The notes under the pieces: model-generated
What the model was told of the DNA's origin: nothing
Database searches by the model: none
The model's input: only the letters and a program-made list of their open reading frames with translations
IMG/VR virus record: IMGVR_UViG_3300023174_000052
Span: 111,595 to 175,594 of that record
DNA length: 64,000 bases
Direction: 5' to 3' (one strand)
From: a virus
Shown: positions 8,522 through 19,202 of the stretch, one piece after another
How the letters are laid out: every line of letters starts with the position of its first letter
Numbering within the stretch: the first letter of the stretch is position 1
Translations under genes and position numbers: made by a program

Positions 8522-11500
8522 CCACGTGTGATATTACAATAATTGTCTTAAAAAATCTCTTCAATGAAACAAGAAGACGATTGCATGCTTCTACGTTAAC
8601 GTCGTCAAGAGCGCCGAAACCTTCATCGATAATAAACATATCTGATTTGGGCAAAGACGAAACATTAATGAGAGCGACTCGCAAAGCTAAAGACGCCATC
8701 ATTTTTTCCATTCCCGACCCCAATTCTACAGGACGTTGCGAATCGCCATAATCTAAGTTAACATCGAGATTATTTCCGTCAGATACTAAAACAACGGTAA
8801 ATCCGCAAATACCTTGTAGAATAGAAGCGATCTCCTGATTAATTCTTGGTAATTGTTGAGCAAGAACAACCTGTGGTAATCCGTTCTTCCCGTACGCTTG
8901 GATTAATGCTTCGAAGATCTTCCAGTCCTTGACGTGTTCAGAATATTTTTCTTTATCATTTTTATGCTTCGCGAGATTCGAAATCTCAGAACCGATCATT
9001 CTCTCCGTGTTAAGGAGGTTAGATTCTGCTTGACGCAATGAACCGGTCGTTTCCTTTAGTTCGGATTCGATTGATTCGATAATCGCAGCGTTATCTTCGT
9101 CGATCAAATTGAGTTTCATCTCGACGATTTTCTCTTCGATTTCTTTGATCTTCTTAAGAGCGTCGATAGATTTCGAAGCGTAAGAATTCTTTTCGATCGA
9201 AGATGCTTTGGAAGCAGCGTCTAAGCCAATCTCTTCTCGGAGTACTGCTTCGTATTTCTTTAATTTTTCTTCGATAGACTTCGACTTGATTAAAGAAATA
9301 GAATCATTTGCATCCTTTAATTGTTGCGTTAAATTTTCAATCGTCAGTCGCTGTGTTTCGATGAGTGTCTTATCACGATGCGAATCTTTAATAAATTTGC
9401 ATGTAGGAAACTTATCTCCGCAAGGTACTTCTGACAACCTTGAGATAGACTTTTGTTGCTGTTTAAGCTTCTCGTTTTCTTTTTCAAGATCCGATGATAG
9501 TTTAGCCTCGCCGATTTCGAGTTGTCGTAATGAAGACAGTTCTTGTTTAAGAGCATCAATGGGAAAATTATTTTTGATACTCGAAATTTTTTCGAGTCTT
9601 GAAGATTGTTGTTTGATTTTTTCGTCAATTTCTTCCATACTCTTTTCGTAAGAAATTAAAGAATTTTGCAATTTCGTGAGATCTTGTTCCTTCGACTTAA
9701 TATCAGATCGTGTATATCCAGAACCTGTTCTGGACGTTGCAAGACTTACATTGAGGCTGATCTGTTTTTTCTTTAAATCTTCTATTCTCTTTTCTAAATT
9801 ACTCTTGCTATTGTTTAGTTCGTGAATTTTATCGTTGCAATCTTCAATTGCGACTTCATAATTAACGTTCGAACCTTGCTTTAAGGCAACCTTTGTATTA
9901 TACGATTCCTCTTTTAGCTTAACAAGAATCTGATCAAATATCCCAAGATCCAAAAAGTTATTCAATAACTTCTTTCTATCTGTTGCTCCGTTTCTAATGA
10001 ACGTGTTCATTTCTCCTTGTGAAGCAAATGAAGTCAAAAGAAAATCGCTGGGCTCGCCGATTAATTCTCGCAGTGCCTTATCTGAATCACGGCGTTGCTC
10101 TCCAGATATATCTTCGATAATCTCTCCAGATTCATCGATTCGATATAGATTCATCTTCGTGTTAGCGCCGACACCTCGAGGATTGCTCCACTTAATCGAC
10201 ATTCTCTCTGCGCGGTATAGATTGCCGTTCATTTCAAATTCGACTTTAGCTTCGCAATCTCCCTTCCTCGCGTTAATGACGTGTAGATTGCTGATAGACC
10301 CACGATCTGTGTCATTAAAAAGAGAGTACATTAATGTACCAGGAATGGAAGACTTTCCACATCGATTTACTCCGAATAAACCGATAACTCCTTCAAGAGA
10401 CGAAAAATCTATACGATTGCCCTTTCCATATGCGAATGTATTTTCCCATTCCATATTTCGAATCGACCACTTACGATTTCGATTAGTCTCAAAATTCTCG
10501 AAAGAATGTAGAATACTATAAACAGTATTATCAATTCGCTCCCACTCTTCTTGCGTAAACTTTGATTCTCCGAAATATTCGCGTAATGCTTTATTATGAA
10601 ACTCTTCGTTACGAAGCGATGATTGCTCTAATTCTGATTCGCCGATTAAAATATTTGAAGCGTTTTGATGCTCAGTAATTCGCCATGTTAATTCGGATGG
10701 TTCTAATGTCGATTTCACGAGAAAAGAAAACTTTTTAATATCTTCTTGACTCAAAATTTGATCTGACATTACCCGGAGACGACAACCTTTCGAAAATCCA
10801 TCGCAAGAAGCGAAGGTAAGATCTGCGGTTCCATCCCATTCAATCGTATAAAATGGATTCGGCGACTTAATTACACGGCGGACTGATCTGAATTCATCTT
10901 TAGACCGAATATCCCATAGAAGATATCCCTTATCAATATCCTCGGAGTAATCCTGTTGAATCGTAGAGCCAGGATATGCGAATCGCTTAGCTGTATCAAG
11001 ATATTGAAATTTGTGAATGTCTCCGAACATTCCGAAATCGAATCCTGCGAATAGAGACAAATCGCATTCAGATTCGATCTCCCAGCCAATGTCGGTCATA
11101 GACTTCGCGATTGGTCCGTGAAATAAAGAGATATTGATTTTATTTTCGATCGGTTTAAGGTTTCCCCAATTCTCCTCGTCGAAACAACTAAAATTCGTCC
11201 ACACTACTCCAAATTCATCGTCGTAATACTGCATGGAATCTCGAAGAAAAATAATTCGAGGATTCGAAAGCGTATTAATGATAGGAGTGATCGTATCCAT
11301 TCGAGATTTATTAAGAATAAGACCGTCATGATTACCGAGCGTCACAATAACAGGCGCAATTTCTGCAAGACGATTGAACCACCACGTGAGTCGTTGAATC
11401 AACTCGGGAGAAATTCCCATCGTCTTCGTATGCACAATATCGCCTGCGACGACGATGCGATCAACTTTTTGTTTCTTCGCGTCGGCGGCGAGGCGCTCGA

Positions 11501-11570
11501 AAACCTCAGTATATTCTTCATGACGTTTTAAACCACGCCAATGAACATCTGCAATATGACAAACTCTCAC
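8448..11570 (-). CDS. Fused SbcD/Mre11 nuclease - SbcC/Rad50 ATPase (T4 gp47+gp46-like)
   Basis: N-terminal HIADVH, AGD, GNHD, FHG, GDIH phosphoesterase motifs; then GVNRCGKSS Walker A, coiled coil, GSGMEK signature, FIIDEGFGALD, ISH. Confidence 0.93.
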   Translation of the reverse strand: MRVCHIADVHWRGLKRHEEYTEVFERLAADAKKQKVDRIVVAGDIVHTKTMGISPELIQRLTWWFNRLAEIAPVIVTLGNHDGLILNKSRMDTITPIINTLSNPRIIFLRDSMQYYDDEFGVVWTNFSCFDEENWGNLKPIENKINISLFHGPIAKSMTDIGWEIESECDLSLFAGFDFGMFGDIHKFQYLDTAKRFAYPGSTIQQDYSEDIDKGYLLWDIRSKDEFRSVRRVIKSPNPFYTIEWDGTADLTFASCDGFSKGCRLRVMSDQILSQEDIKKFSFLVKSTLEPSELTWRITEHQNASNILIGESELEQSSLRNEEFHNKALREYFGESKFTQEEWERIDNTVYSILHSFENFETNRNRKWSIRNMEWENTFAYGKGNRIDFSSLEGVIGLFGVNRCGKSSIPGTLMYSLFNDTDRGSISNLHVINARKGDCEAKVEFEMNGNLYRAERMSIKWSNPRGVGANTKMNLYRIDESGEIIEDISGEQRRDSDKALRELIGEPSDFLLTSFASQGEMNTFIRNGATDRKKLLNNFLDLGIFDQILVKLKEESYNTKVALKQGSNVNYEVAIEDCNDKIHELNNSKSNLEKRIEDLKKKQISLNVSLATSRTGSGYTRSDIKSKEQDLTKLQNSLISYEKSMEEIDEKIKQQSSRLEKISSIKNNFPIDALKQELSSLRQLEIGEAKLSSDLEKENEKLKQQQKSISRLSEVPCGDKFPTCKFIKDSHRDKTLIETQRLTIENLTQQLKDANDSISLIKSKSIEEKLKKYEAVLREEIGLDAASKASSIEKNSYASKSIDALKKIKEIEEKIVEMKLNLIDEDNAAIIESIESELKETTGSLRQAESNLLNTERMIGSEISNLAKHKNDKEKYSEHVKDWKIFEALIQAYGKNGLPQVVLAQQLPRINQEIASILQGICGFTVVLVSDGNNLDVNLDYGDSQRPVELGSGMEKMMASLALRVALINVSSLPKSDMFIIDEGFGALDDVNVEACNRLLVSLKRFFKTIIVISHVDAIKDAVDNIIEISKQGADAYVWA

Positions 11571-11578
11571 TATTTACC

Positions 11579-12544
11579 TCAGAGTAACGAACCAGTCGTA
11601 ATGTTGTTGATTCTAAAAATTAGACCACTCATTGGATTCCACTCGGTAGCTGTCTTTTTTAAATTTTCGAATTCTTCATTCGACATATCACCGACATCGA
11701 TTCCAGCAGGAATCTTTACGAATTTTATAGAAATGTTATACTGATATAAAATCTTTGCTATTTTATGCGCTTTTATAATCGCATCTGGGTCTAATGCTAT
11801 GGTTACGTTCGTTTGGTTTTCAACTATCCTCCGAAATAACAAAGAATCCTGTGGTAACGTCGAACCTAATAAAGAGACTGCATTTTCACCAGCCTTGAAT
11901 AAATCGAATGGACCTTCTACAAGAGTAAGAGGTTTCCTCCAATCGATATCGACTTCATTAAAAATGATCGACTTTCTATTGACCTTTGGATTAACGTATC
12001 GATACTTGGCATCAGGTTCAATCGAGCGAGCGGTCCAATAATTAATCTTTCCTTCTGAATCGAAAGAAGGTATGACGACTCTTCGTCTCAACCTACCACC
12101 GATAGCTCCTAAAATCCTATATCGATAAGCAGAGTCGATATCGATACCACGACGTTCCAAATAATTTACGATTGCCTGTGCGTCTGGGTCTGATGATTCG
12201 TATAATTCGTCGATGTTCAATGCGTCAGGAAGTTCTACGACCTCGTCTTTGGGTTTTTCATCGTCGATAAAGTCAGAGCGAATGGCATTTTTTTCAAATC
12301 TTTCGCACCACTCTCTGTGTAAAGACGGAGCAAACTTTCTTAAAAGTGAAGGTACAGAACGACCTTTTACTTCACATACCCAACAATGCCATTGTCCAGT
12401 ATCAATTTTAATAGCTAGCTTTTTCTTATTTTTCCCGCTTCCACACGCAGGACAAGAAAAAGCTACGTTAGCCCCGTCTCTTGCTACTTCGCAATCGCCC
12501 AGGGCTCTTTTCAGTAGCGTCAGTCTTTCGCCTACGTCGATCAT
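11579..12544 (-). CDS. DNA primase (zinc finger + TOPRIM, DnaG/gp61-like)
   Basis: CPAC...CWVC zinc finger, YLERRGI, RVVIP, VEGPFD, LDPDA, DVGD. Confidence 0.9.
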   Translation of the reverse strand: MIDVGERLTLLKRALGDCEVARDGANVAFSCPACGSGKNKKKLAIKIDTGQWHCWVCEVKGRSVPSLLRKFAPSLHREWCERFEKNAIRSDFIDDEKPKDEVVELPDALNIDELYESSDPDAQAIVNYLERRGIDIDSAYRYRILGAIGGRLRRRVVIPSFDSEGKINYWTARSIEPDAKYRYVNPKVNRKSIIFNEVDIDWRKPLTLVEGPFDLFKAGENAVSLLGSTLPQDSLLFRRIVENQTNVTIALDPDAIIKAHKIAKILYQYNISIKFVKIPAGIDVGDMSNEEFENLKKTATEWNPMSGLIFRINNITTGSLL

Positions 12545-13109
12545 GATTGATTGTAAACAGGTCTGGTTTGTTTTTTAACAACAATACAGCTCGAGCGATG
12601 ACATACGCGTCCATGGCATCTTCAACGCCCTTTTCCAGTACAGTCTCGCCTTTTCTTGGCCCACTCTTTAGTACTTTCGTTTGCCATGCGTAATCTTTTT
12701 CTTGAGAATCTACCCACATTTTAACGATCGCTTTTGGATCCGAACCCCGAGGAATCTTTATACCAAGATTATTTCTGGCTATGGTCACAGATATAACATC
12801 GGGCGGGATCGATAATACTTCTCTCGCGAGATAAGTCACTACACCATTAAATCTCGCGAGAGTCATTAAGACATGTGCCGATGAACGACCCCTTTGAAAA
12901 CCCGTCAGATTAGCCTCTATTGAGACACGTTCTATGCCCCTTGTACTATATCGTTCTATCTCTTTCTTCACGTCCAGTGCTCTCTGGTGATGATCCGGAG
13001 AGTCTAAATAGACGAAGCTGGCTTCTATTAATTTTCCTGTTTCGTCGATCAGTGCAAAACCCGTACATGACGTGCTTACATCGATTCCGAGATATAATTT
13101 AGAAGTCAA
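12468..13109 (-). CDS. RuvC-like Holliday junction resolvase
   Basis: YLGIDVSTSCTGFA, VSIE, EDAMDAYVIA acidic RNase H-fold residues; basic tail overlaps primase by 77 nt. Confidence 0.8.
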   Translation of the reverse strand: MTSKLYLGIDVSTSCTGFALIDETGKLIEASFVYLDSPDHHQRALDVKKEIERYSTRGIERVSIEANLTGFQRGRSSAHVLMTLARFNGVVTYLAREVLSIPPDVISVTIARNNLGIKIPRGSDPKAIVKMWVDSQEKDYAWQTKVLKSGPRKGETVLEKGVEDAMDAYVIARAVLLLKNKPDLFTINHDRRRRKTDATEKSPGRLRSSKRRG

Positions 13110-15420
13110 TTTTAGTTCTCACCATTATTCTATCGCTTGTTCGTTTATTAATAGGTTGCGCCAAGTCTGTCCTTGCAACTATGTTAAGATTATCATCATG
13201 AAAATTAACTCGACTTATTCGAATAAATCCTGTCTGTTCTTCGTTCACGTAATCAGAAAGATATAACGATTTCCAGTCTGGATTCGAGCTTGTGTTTAAT
13301 TGCCACGCTGGCGCGATCGCTGGTATTTCTAGAACGTCGACAGGTTGCATACCTCTCAAATTAACAGTGAATCCATCTTTTCCGAAAAGCTCTCCGTAAT
13401 AAGGATTAGTCACGACCGACAATCCTTCTGGGTACATCACAAAGCCAACACTCGACCATGTTGCATGTTCAGTATCAGCATCTGCTCTATATAAAAACCC
13501 CCTACCGTTATCTTTCAATCTTACCCGCATTGTTCCATTACTACCCGTCAACGATGGATCTATTAATTCGTAACTTTCAGGTAAAATTCGTGTACCATAA
13601 AATAGATTGGACGCGTCGAAAAAAGTCACGGCATTTGAACTATCGTCCCTTGTTCTTTGGAAAATTGTCAAAACTGATCCAGGAGAAACGCCAGGATTTT
13701 CAGGCGATGCTCCAGCGATTTGATTCAATATATCGCCATCTTGTATTAATCCTGGGAACAGCGAAGTTGTTGCAATAAGATGCGATAAATTAACGAAAGA
13801 TAAATCAGGAGTTCCCATATCGGTGACAAACTTTTCCATGGCTCCACCGTATGAATAGTCGGAGTCAGTTCCGCTGTATAATAAAGAAAAATTAGGGTAA
13901 AATTTACCATTATCGCATGGCAAAATTGTAAGATTTCTTCTGACAGTCGAACCTGTCGCGTAAAGATAAACGTTCGCTTCCAAGAATGTTGAAGAGTCGT
14001 AGTCTGCTTCGCTAGAAGTTAAAAACAATAGTCTAGGATAGTAACCTCTAACCATTTCTCTGAGGTGATTTTCTATATTTATTTGATGGCCACCTACACC
14101 AAAACTTAACGCTACGTTAAACGGGTCATCAGTTTCTAATATGTCAGACTGAAACGGCGTTTGTAATACTTTCCTTGTCTTCGTTTCTTTTCTAAAAAAT
14201 GGTGGTAAATAAAAAAGTAAATCATTCTCAAGTTCTACACCATTAATACTACCGGACGCTAATGACTCTGAATCTCTTCTCGTTTTCCACAATCTTATTT
14301 CGTGTAGTTCTCCCTTAAAAGGGCTCCGCATATCGAAAGTTTCTGGTGCCTCGCTATCGTCGGGAGAATTAAACGCGTCAGTTACTCCTTCATCAACGAT
14401 CGCAGTCTCTGAAAAGAAACCGTGCAATCCATTTAGAGATGTATTTGGACCATCGTAATAATTTCCTATCACGATGGCTGATCTATCATTATTCGAGGCG
14501 CTAAATGGCAATAGATTTAAAGAACAAGAAAAAAATCCTGCAGAGTTACCGTCGATTATAAATGAACCTGTAGAATCATTGTGAGACGGTGACCATTGCA
14601 CGGCAACATGATGCCAGTGATTTTTAAATATCTTTAAATCTTCAGAAATAAACGCAAGATTAAGTTGTGAACTTCCGAGATTAGCAACATTAATACTTCT
14701 GGGATTTACGTCTGCACTATGTGATAGTTGTAATAGAACTCTAAACGAGTCTACTTCACCCTTATAATTTTTTTTGCTTCCACTCACTATAGAAACAGCG
14801 AGACAAGAAGACATATGCATGATTGTACCTGCGTCGTACGTCACACCGGTATATGATGGTTTAACATAAAATTCTAACGTAAAATCTTGCGACGGTGAAT
14901 AAACAGGTAGGTTATTTTCTAATGGATTCGGATATACAATACTGGCAGACGTTGGACCGATATCATTAGGAAAGTGTATAGAATTATAATTTGTATAACC
15001 CCAACCGATTCCAGGTTGGGCGATTCTATAATGCGGCATTAAACTTGAACGTATGACATTCTTTCTTAATGTGTCAGACGTGAATTTAAATGAAGGTTCG
15101 AATCTTATAACTTCTACAGATTTGTCGAATCTTGGATCAATAGCTGCATTATTCACAGCCGTCATATAATTTTCTAAAAAGATCTCAAAGTCTGATTCGT
15201 TTGAATGTTCTTTCACATCTCTTAATGAACTTTCTGGCGAATTCTCAGAGTATGCAGCATCGTTGAATACGCTGGAATTTTTTTCGATTTCAGATAATCT
15301 TTTATATACTCGAATCGTGCCGTCGATGCCCGTCGTTGAGGACGAAGTGAACGTCCGTATAGGACGAGCCATGACTGTGAAAGTGTCGAAGGCATCTACG
15401 GGTAATTTTATGAATGCCAT
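13099..15420 (-). CDS. Baseplate/tail protein with LamG (ConA-like) domain
   Basis: FTLEFYVKP, WHHVAVQW, FIIDG, FKGELHEIRLWKTRR; C-terminal VNFHDDNLNIVARTDLAQPINK...KIDF. Confidence 0.75.
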   Translation of the reverse strand: MAFIKLPVDAFDTFTVMARPIRTFTSSSTTGIDGTIRVYKRLSEIEKNSSVFNDAAYSENSPESSLRDVKEHSNESDFEIFLENYMTAVNNAAIDPRFDKSVEVIRFEPSFKFTSDTLRKNVIRSSLMPHYRIAQPGIGWGYTNYNSIHFPNDIGPTSASIVYPNPLENNLPVYSPSQDFTLEFYVKPSYTGVTYDAGTIMHMSSCLAVSIVSGSKKNYKGEVDSFRVLLQLSHSADVNPRSINVANLGSSQLNLAFISEDLKIFKNHWHHVAVQWSPSHNDSTGSFIIDGNSAGFFSCSLNLLPFSASNNDRSAIVIGNYYDGPNTSLNGLHGFFSETAIVDEGVTDAFNSPDDSEAPETFDMRSPFKGELHEIRLWKTRRDSESLASGSINGVELENDLLFYLPPFFRKETKTRKVLQTPFQSDILETDDPFNVALSFGVGGHQINIENHLREMVRGYYPRLLFLTSSEADYDSSTFLEANVYLYATGSTVRRNLTILPCDNGKFYPNFSLLYSGTDSDYSYGGAMEKFVTDMGTPDLSFVNLSHLIATTSLFPGLIQDGDILNQIAGASPENPGVSPGSVLTIFQRTRDDSSNAVTFFDASNLFYGTRILPESYELIDPSLTGSNGTMRVRLKDNGRGFLYRADADTEHATWSSVGFVMYPEGLSVVTNPYYGELFGKDGFTVNLRGMQPVDVLEIPAIAPAWQLNTSSNPDWKSLYLSDYVNEEQTGFIRISRVNFHDDNLNIVARTDLAQPINKRTSDRIMVRTKIDF

Positions 15421-15462
15421 CCGTCATCTCCCTATGTCATGGATGTCGGGCGGCAAGACTTT

Positions 15463-16731
15463 TTAGAAGTCAAGCCTGACCCTGACCGTCAGGTCCTTTT
15501 CGTAATTTTTTTCGATTGGTCTTGAGAATTTAGCGACAGCCAACAGATTATCGTTCGCATCGTATAGACCAATAGTCGTTGGGTACGTAAAACTAGTCTG
15601 GACATCTTCTTGACCAGCTTCTATAACAACGATTCTATCATCCGTGTCTGTATAAGTTGGATTCGTGGAATAGTTAAATTCGTCGGCAGTTGCTCTACAG
15701 AAAACGAGAGTTGAATTTATCGTAGTTTGATTCTGAAATGTGATGGCCGTATACGAACCCGACGAGAATCTGCAAGAAGCAACATGATCAATAATATCGT
15801 CCATCGAAGAAGAAACGAAAAAGTCGGGTATAAACTTGGCTGATCGATTCGAACTTGGGAACGATCCACTTCCTAAAATCGTAGTACCAGGACCATATAG
15901 AGTTCCTGTGGTCGCCGAAATTACTCCTGAAACGTGTTGATCTGCCCAAATAATCTTTTTAGCATCCAACACTACGATACCAGCGTCGTAAAATGCAAGA
16001 CCTACTTTTCTAGAAGAGTTCGCTGCGTCAACTATATCGCCAACCTCTCCGCCGAATGTAACGCGTCTATTTGAAGTAGAACCCACGTCTGTAAATAATG
16101 TCGCGCCAAAATCTGATGTTCTGCTAACATTCGAACCCGTATACGCGTTCGCTATGGCGCGCTCTTCAACAGAAGCGTAGGGACTACCGTCCAATGTAGC
16201 TGTCACGTAAAATCTCATAGCGAAAGATTCTCGCTTTAATTTATCACGCATAAATAAGCGTTTGAAATCTAAAAAGATAGCCTCGTCGATTCTATCGTCA
16301 GCGGCAGTCGAATCAAATGGCGAATAAAATGATTCCTCATTATCTCCAAGTAATTTACCAGCGTGAAGACGATACATATCAACTTTTTCTCGCATCATTA
16401 ATGATGAAGAATTAAATAACATCTTTCCAGTTGTATCTGTTCCAGTAGAACAATCGCTGACGGTAGGAGAAGAATGAAATAAACCGACTGTCAAATCGAA
16501 AATTGGATTTGCTACTTGTAACGTATAATCCTGATCGTAAATCGTTTGGAACAACGAAGATGTAACTGAATAGACCGTCGCAGTTTGGTCGGCAGACGAT
16601 GTAACGAACATATCATATACTTTTCTCGTGGTCGAACCAGAAATATCGTTTTGAACGATATCGATTAATTGATTCAACGCAGTCCTGGTAGTTTGTATAT
16701 CTGCGGATGTTAATTCTTTGAATGTTGCCAT
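15463..16731 (-). CDS. Baseplate/tail structural protein
   Basis: C-terminal EFNYSTNPTY...TTIGLYDANDNLLAVAKFSRPIEK...RVRLDF, paralogous to the end of 13099..15420. Confidence 0.75.
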   Translation of the reverse strand: MATFKELTSADIQTTRTALNQLIDIVQNDISGSTTRKVYDMFVTSSADQTATVYSVTSSLFQTIYDQDYTLQVANPIFDLTVGLFHSSPTVSDCSTGTDTTGKMLFNSSSLMMREKVDMYRLHAGKLLGDNEESFYSPFDSTAADDRIDEAIFLDFKRLFMRDKLKRESFAMRFYVTATLDGSPYASVEERAIANAYTGSNVSRTSDFGATLFTDVGSTSNRRVTFGGEVGDIVDAANSSRKVGLAFYDAGIVVLDAKKIIWADQHVSGVISATTGTLYGPGTTILGSGSFPSSNRSAKFIPDFFVSSSMDDIIDHVASCRFSSGSYTAITFQNQTTINSTLVFCRATADEFNYSTNPTYTDTDDRIVVIEAGQEDVQTSFTYPTTIGLYDANDNLLAVAKFSRPIEKNYEKDLTVRVRLDF

Positions 16732-16752
16732 TTTATCACTTTATTACGTTTA

Positions 16753-17463
16753 TTATGATGAAATCGAAATTACGAAATCGCTTACGGCGCCCGATTGAAG
16801 ACCGGTCACGCTTCCGACTGCGTTTATTATTGTCTTATCAGTTGAAAGGCCATAGATTAAAAATTGTGTACTTGTAATAGATTTTAACGCTAGCGTAAAT
16901 CCGACAATTGATCCACCGGCAGCCGTTGTAGTCGGATTCCTGACGATCGTATAATAAGCGATGCCGTCCCTATCGACGTAACCAGGAGTTGCACCTGCGA
17001 TTTGCAAAAACATGTTAGGGATCTTTACCATAAATTCTTGATCCCTTAAATCGACGTCGATAGTAGGTTCACCAGTAATTTGTTGCGTGAATGTTACAAA
17101 TTTTGTAGAGTCGACGGAGTTTAATTTCATCGAAAGTAGGTTACTCGTTGTAGAACTAGAACCTGCAGTTAGAGATATATTCGGCATTCTCACAAGATTA
17201 GGATTAGAAACAGATACATTTTTATATTTTAAAGCCAATCCTGCATTTGTTTGCGCTTCAAAAACGGGAGTATTCTTTTCTATCTTTTCTTTTCCTATTA
17301 CTCTTCCAAACTTTTCTATAATAGTATAATCTACTTCGTCGTCAGCGAATGCAAATTTGACTATACTAAAACTACCATCATTTCTCGCAAGAAATTGACG
17401 ACCAACATCTGTTAAAACTGCGTCGACGATAATATTTGATGACGAATGATCAAGAAATCCCAT
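16753..17463 (-). CDS. Baseplate/tail structural protein
   Basis: MGFLD...DAVLTDVGRQFLAR...IVKFAFADDEVDY; Thr/Ser/Gly-rich beta C-terminal half. Confidence 0.75.
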   Translation of the reverse strand: MGFLDHSSSNIIVDAVLTDVGRQFLARNDGSFSIVKFAFADDEVDYTIIEKFGRVIGKEKIEKNTPVFEAQTNAGLALKYKNVSVSNPNLVRMPNISLTAGSSSTTSNLLSMKLNSVDSTKFVTFTQQITGEPTIDVDLRDQEFMVKIPNMFLQIAGATPGYVDRDGIAYYTIVRNPTTTAAGGSIVGFTLALKSITSTQFLIYGLSTDKTIINAVGSVTGLQSGAVSDFVISISS

Positions 17464-17489
17464 GTTATTTTACCCAGCTCGTTTAAATA

Positions 17490-19202
17490 TCAAGAACTTG
17501 TCGTTCTAAGTAAATCAGTTATTGTTATTGGTACAGATATAACCTGTCCCCTCGTGACATCTAAAATATTTATGCAATACCCACCAGTCCCATCAGTTTT
17601 CACTGCTTCAACGATAGAACCATCGTTACTTTTTAATTTCAAATACTCGGGATCAAAATATACATTGATTCTTCTTTTTTTCGAAGTAAGAATAAGATCT
17701 TGGAAAAAATTTTGTTTAATAAAAATATTGGGATATTGTCGAGGAGCACCTTGAGGCGATATCGATTTTTTAATTAGAACATTTTTTATTTTATCGAATG
17801 TCACTTCAAACTGATGCGAATAATTTGAAACTAAACCCCGAGCATCAACGCATGCGACAGTATAAATGTACTTAGAATCCTTTTTAAATGAAGTATCTAC
17901 GTAAATATTATAGGGAGACGTTACTTTTTTTGTAAGTTTTTCTAAAACGTTTTCGGATCGAAATGGTTGTTTCAAAGAATCGTTGAAATCATATTCGATC
18001 AATAACTCAAAAGGTTTATCAAGAGCATCTCTTCTAAAAACTTGAAAATATTTTACATCTTGTCTCGGATTGACTGGAAATGCCCAAGATAAAACGAGGT
18101 TATTATTTTGATAATCCCATCGTGCATTAAAATCAGCAGGTGGTTCGGGTGGGATATCATCAAATAAAAAGACGGTCGATGCGTTGGATGGTTTGGATTG
18201 AAATAAAATATCAGCGCTTAATATATCACCTGTATCACTTGCTAGTGCTGACGTGGTTACAAGATATACAGCGTGTAACCAGTAGTTGTATCGAGCTCCT
18301 AACTTGACTTTATAATCAATGTATGTTGAAATATCAGGAGAAATAACATCAATTAATTTAGACTCTATCGTGCCGTCTTGCTTCGTTTCACTTCTATAAA
18401 CAAGTGTAGCTACGTTAACAATACCCGACGAAAATTCTCCAACTGTTGAATGACTTATCGAAACGGGTTCGAGGATGGTTAAAAAATCACTCGATGATAT
18501 CGCGGGAGATTTAGCTCGACCTTTATCTTGAATTTCCTTAATTTTTTTTGATAATAATCCCATTGATGTAGTCTGACCTACTAATGAGTTGGTTTCTACT
18601 TTAGATATTAGATCTTCTATAAATTTATCATTTATTGTATAGGCCGAAGAATTTTGCTTTACTTCTTCGAATTTATTCGAGTTTATAATCTTTCTATCGC
18701 TTATAAATTGTGCGCCAGCTTCAGCATATGAGACGGCAAGCTCTTGTAATAGTTCTCTATCTACGGACGGACCAAGATTTTTGCCCAATTCTAAAGCGAC
18801 ATCCGTCATGTTGCCATTTATACTACGAAGCGTCGCAGATCTCATGATCGTTTGAAACACTCTATCAGAAATAGAAGAATCTTGCGTTAAAATCGTAGTT
18901 GAACTTGAATTTCCGATATCCTCTGCGCCATAAATTCTATCGATGTTTAATTTAACTACGTCTAACTTATTAACGTCTGAGATTTTTACTTCTTTGGGCG
19001 TAGTAAAGTTTAATGTAACATATCTTGGGGATTTTCTTGACCTATCTTTTTCATTTGCGTATTTTGCTATGTTCGGACTAATCGCTTCTATAACGGCTTC
19101 ATCCTTTGTAAAAAAATTATAAAAAAACTTTGCGCTTAAATCTTTATGTGTAGGTAGACGTATCGAAGAAATTAAGTTCGAAGAATATGTATAAGTTTTC
19201 AA
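17490..19202 (-). CDS. Structural protein with fibronectin type III domain(s)
   Basis: PPEPPADFNARW...LVLSW...YFQVFRR...YVDT...YIYTVACVDARGLVSNYS FN3 pattern. Confidence 0.75.
   Translation of the reverse strand: MKTYTYSSNLISSIRLPTHKDLSAKFFYNFFTKDEAVIEAISPNIAKYANEKDRSRKSPRYVTLNFTTPKEVKISDVNKLDVVKLNIDRIYGAEDIGNSSSTTILTQDSSISDRVFQTIMRSATLRSINGNMTDVALELGKNLGPSVDRELLQELAVSYAEAGAQFISDRKIINSNKFEEVKQNSSAYTINDKFIEDLISKVETNSLVGQTTSMGLLSKKIKEIQDKGRAKSPAISSSDFLTILEPVSISHSTVGEFSSGIVNVATLVYRSETKQDGTIESKLIDVISPDISTYIDYKVKLGARYNYWLHAVYLVTTSALASDTGDILSADILFQSKPSNASTVFLFDDIPPEPPADFNARWDYQNNNLVLSWAFPVNPRQDVKYFQVFRRDALDKPFELLIEYDFNDSLKQPFRSENVLEKLTKKVTSPYNIYVDTSFKKDSKYIYTVACVDARGLVSNYSHQFEVTFDKIKNVLIKKSISPQGAPRQYPNIFIKQNFFQDLILTSKKRRINVYFDPEYLKLKSNDGSIVEAVKTDGTGGYCINILDVTRGQVISVPITITDLLRTTSS

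Noticed and set aside
4302-12544. Inteins or introns in terminase, portal, primase or SbcCD
   Set aside because: Motif spacing is normal; no C...HN splice junctions, homing endonuclease motifs or split ORFs seen.
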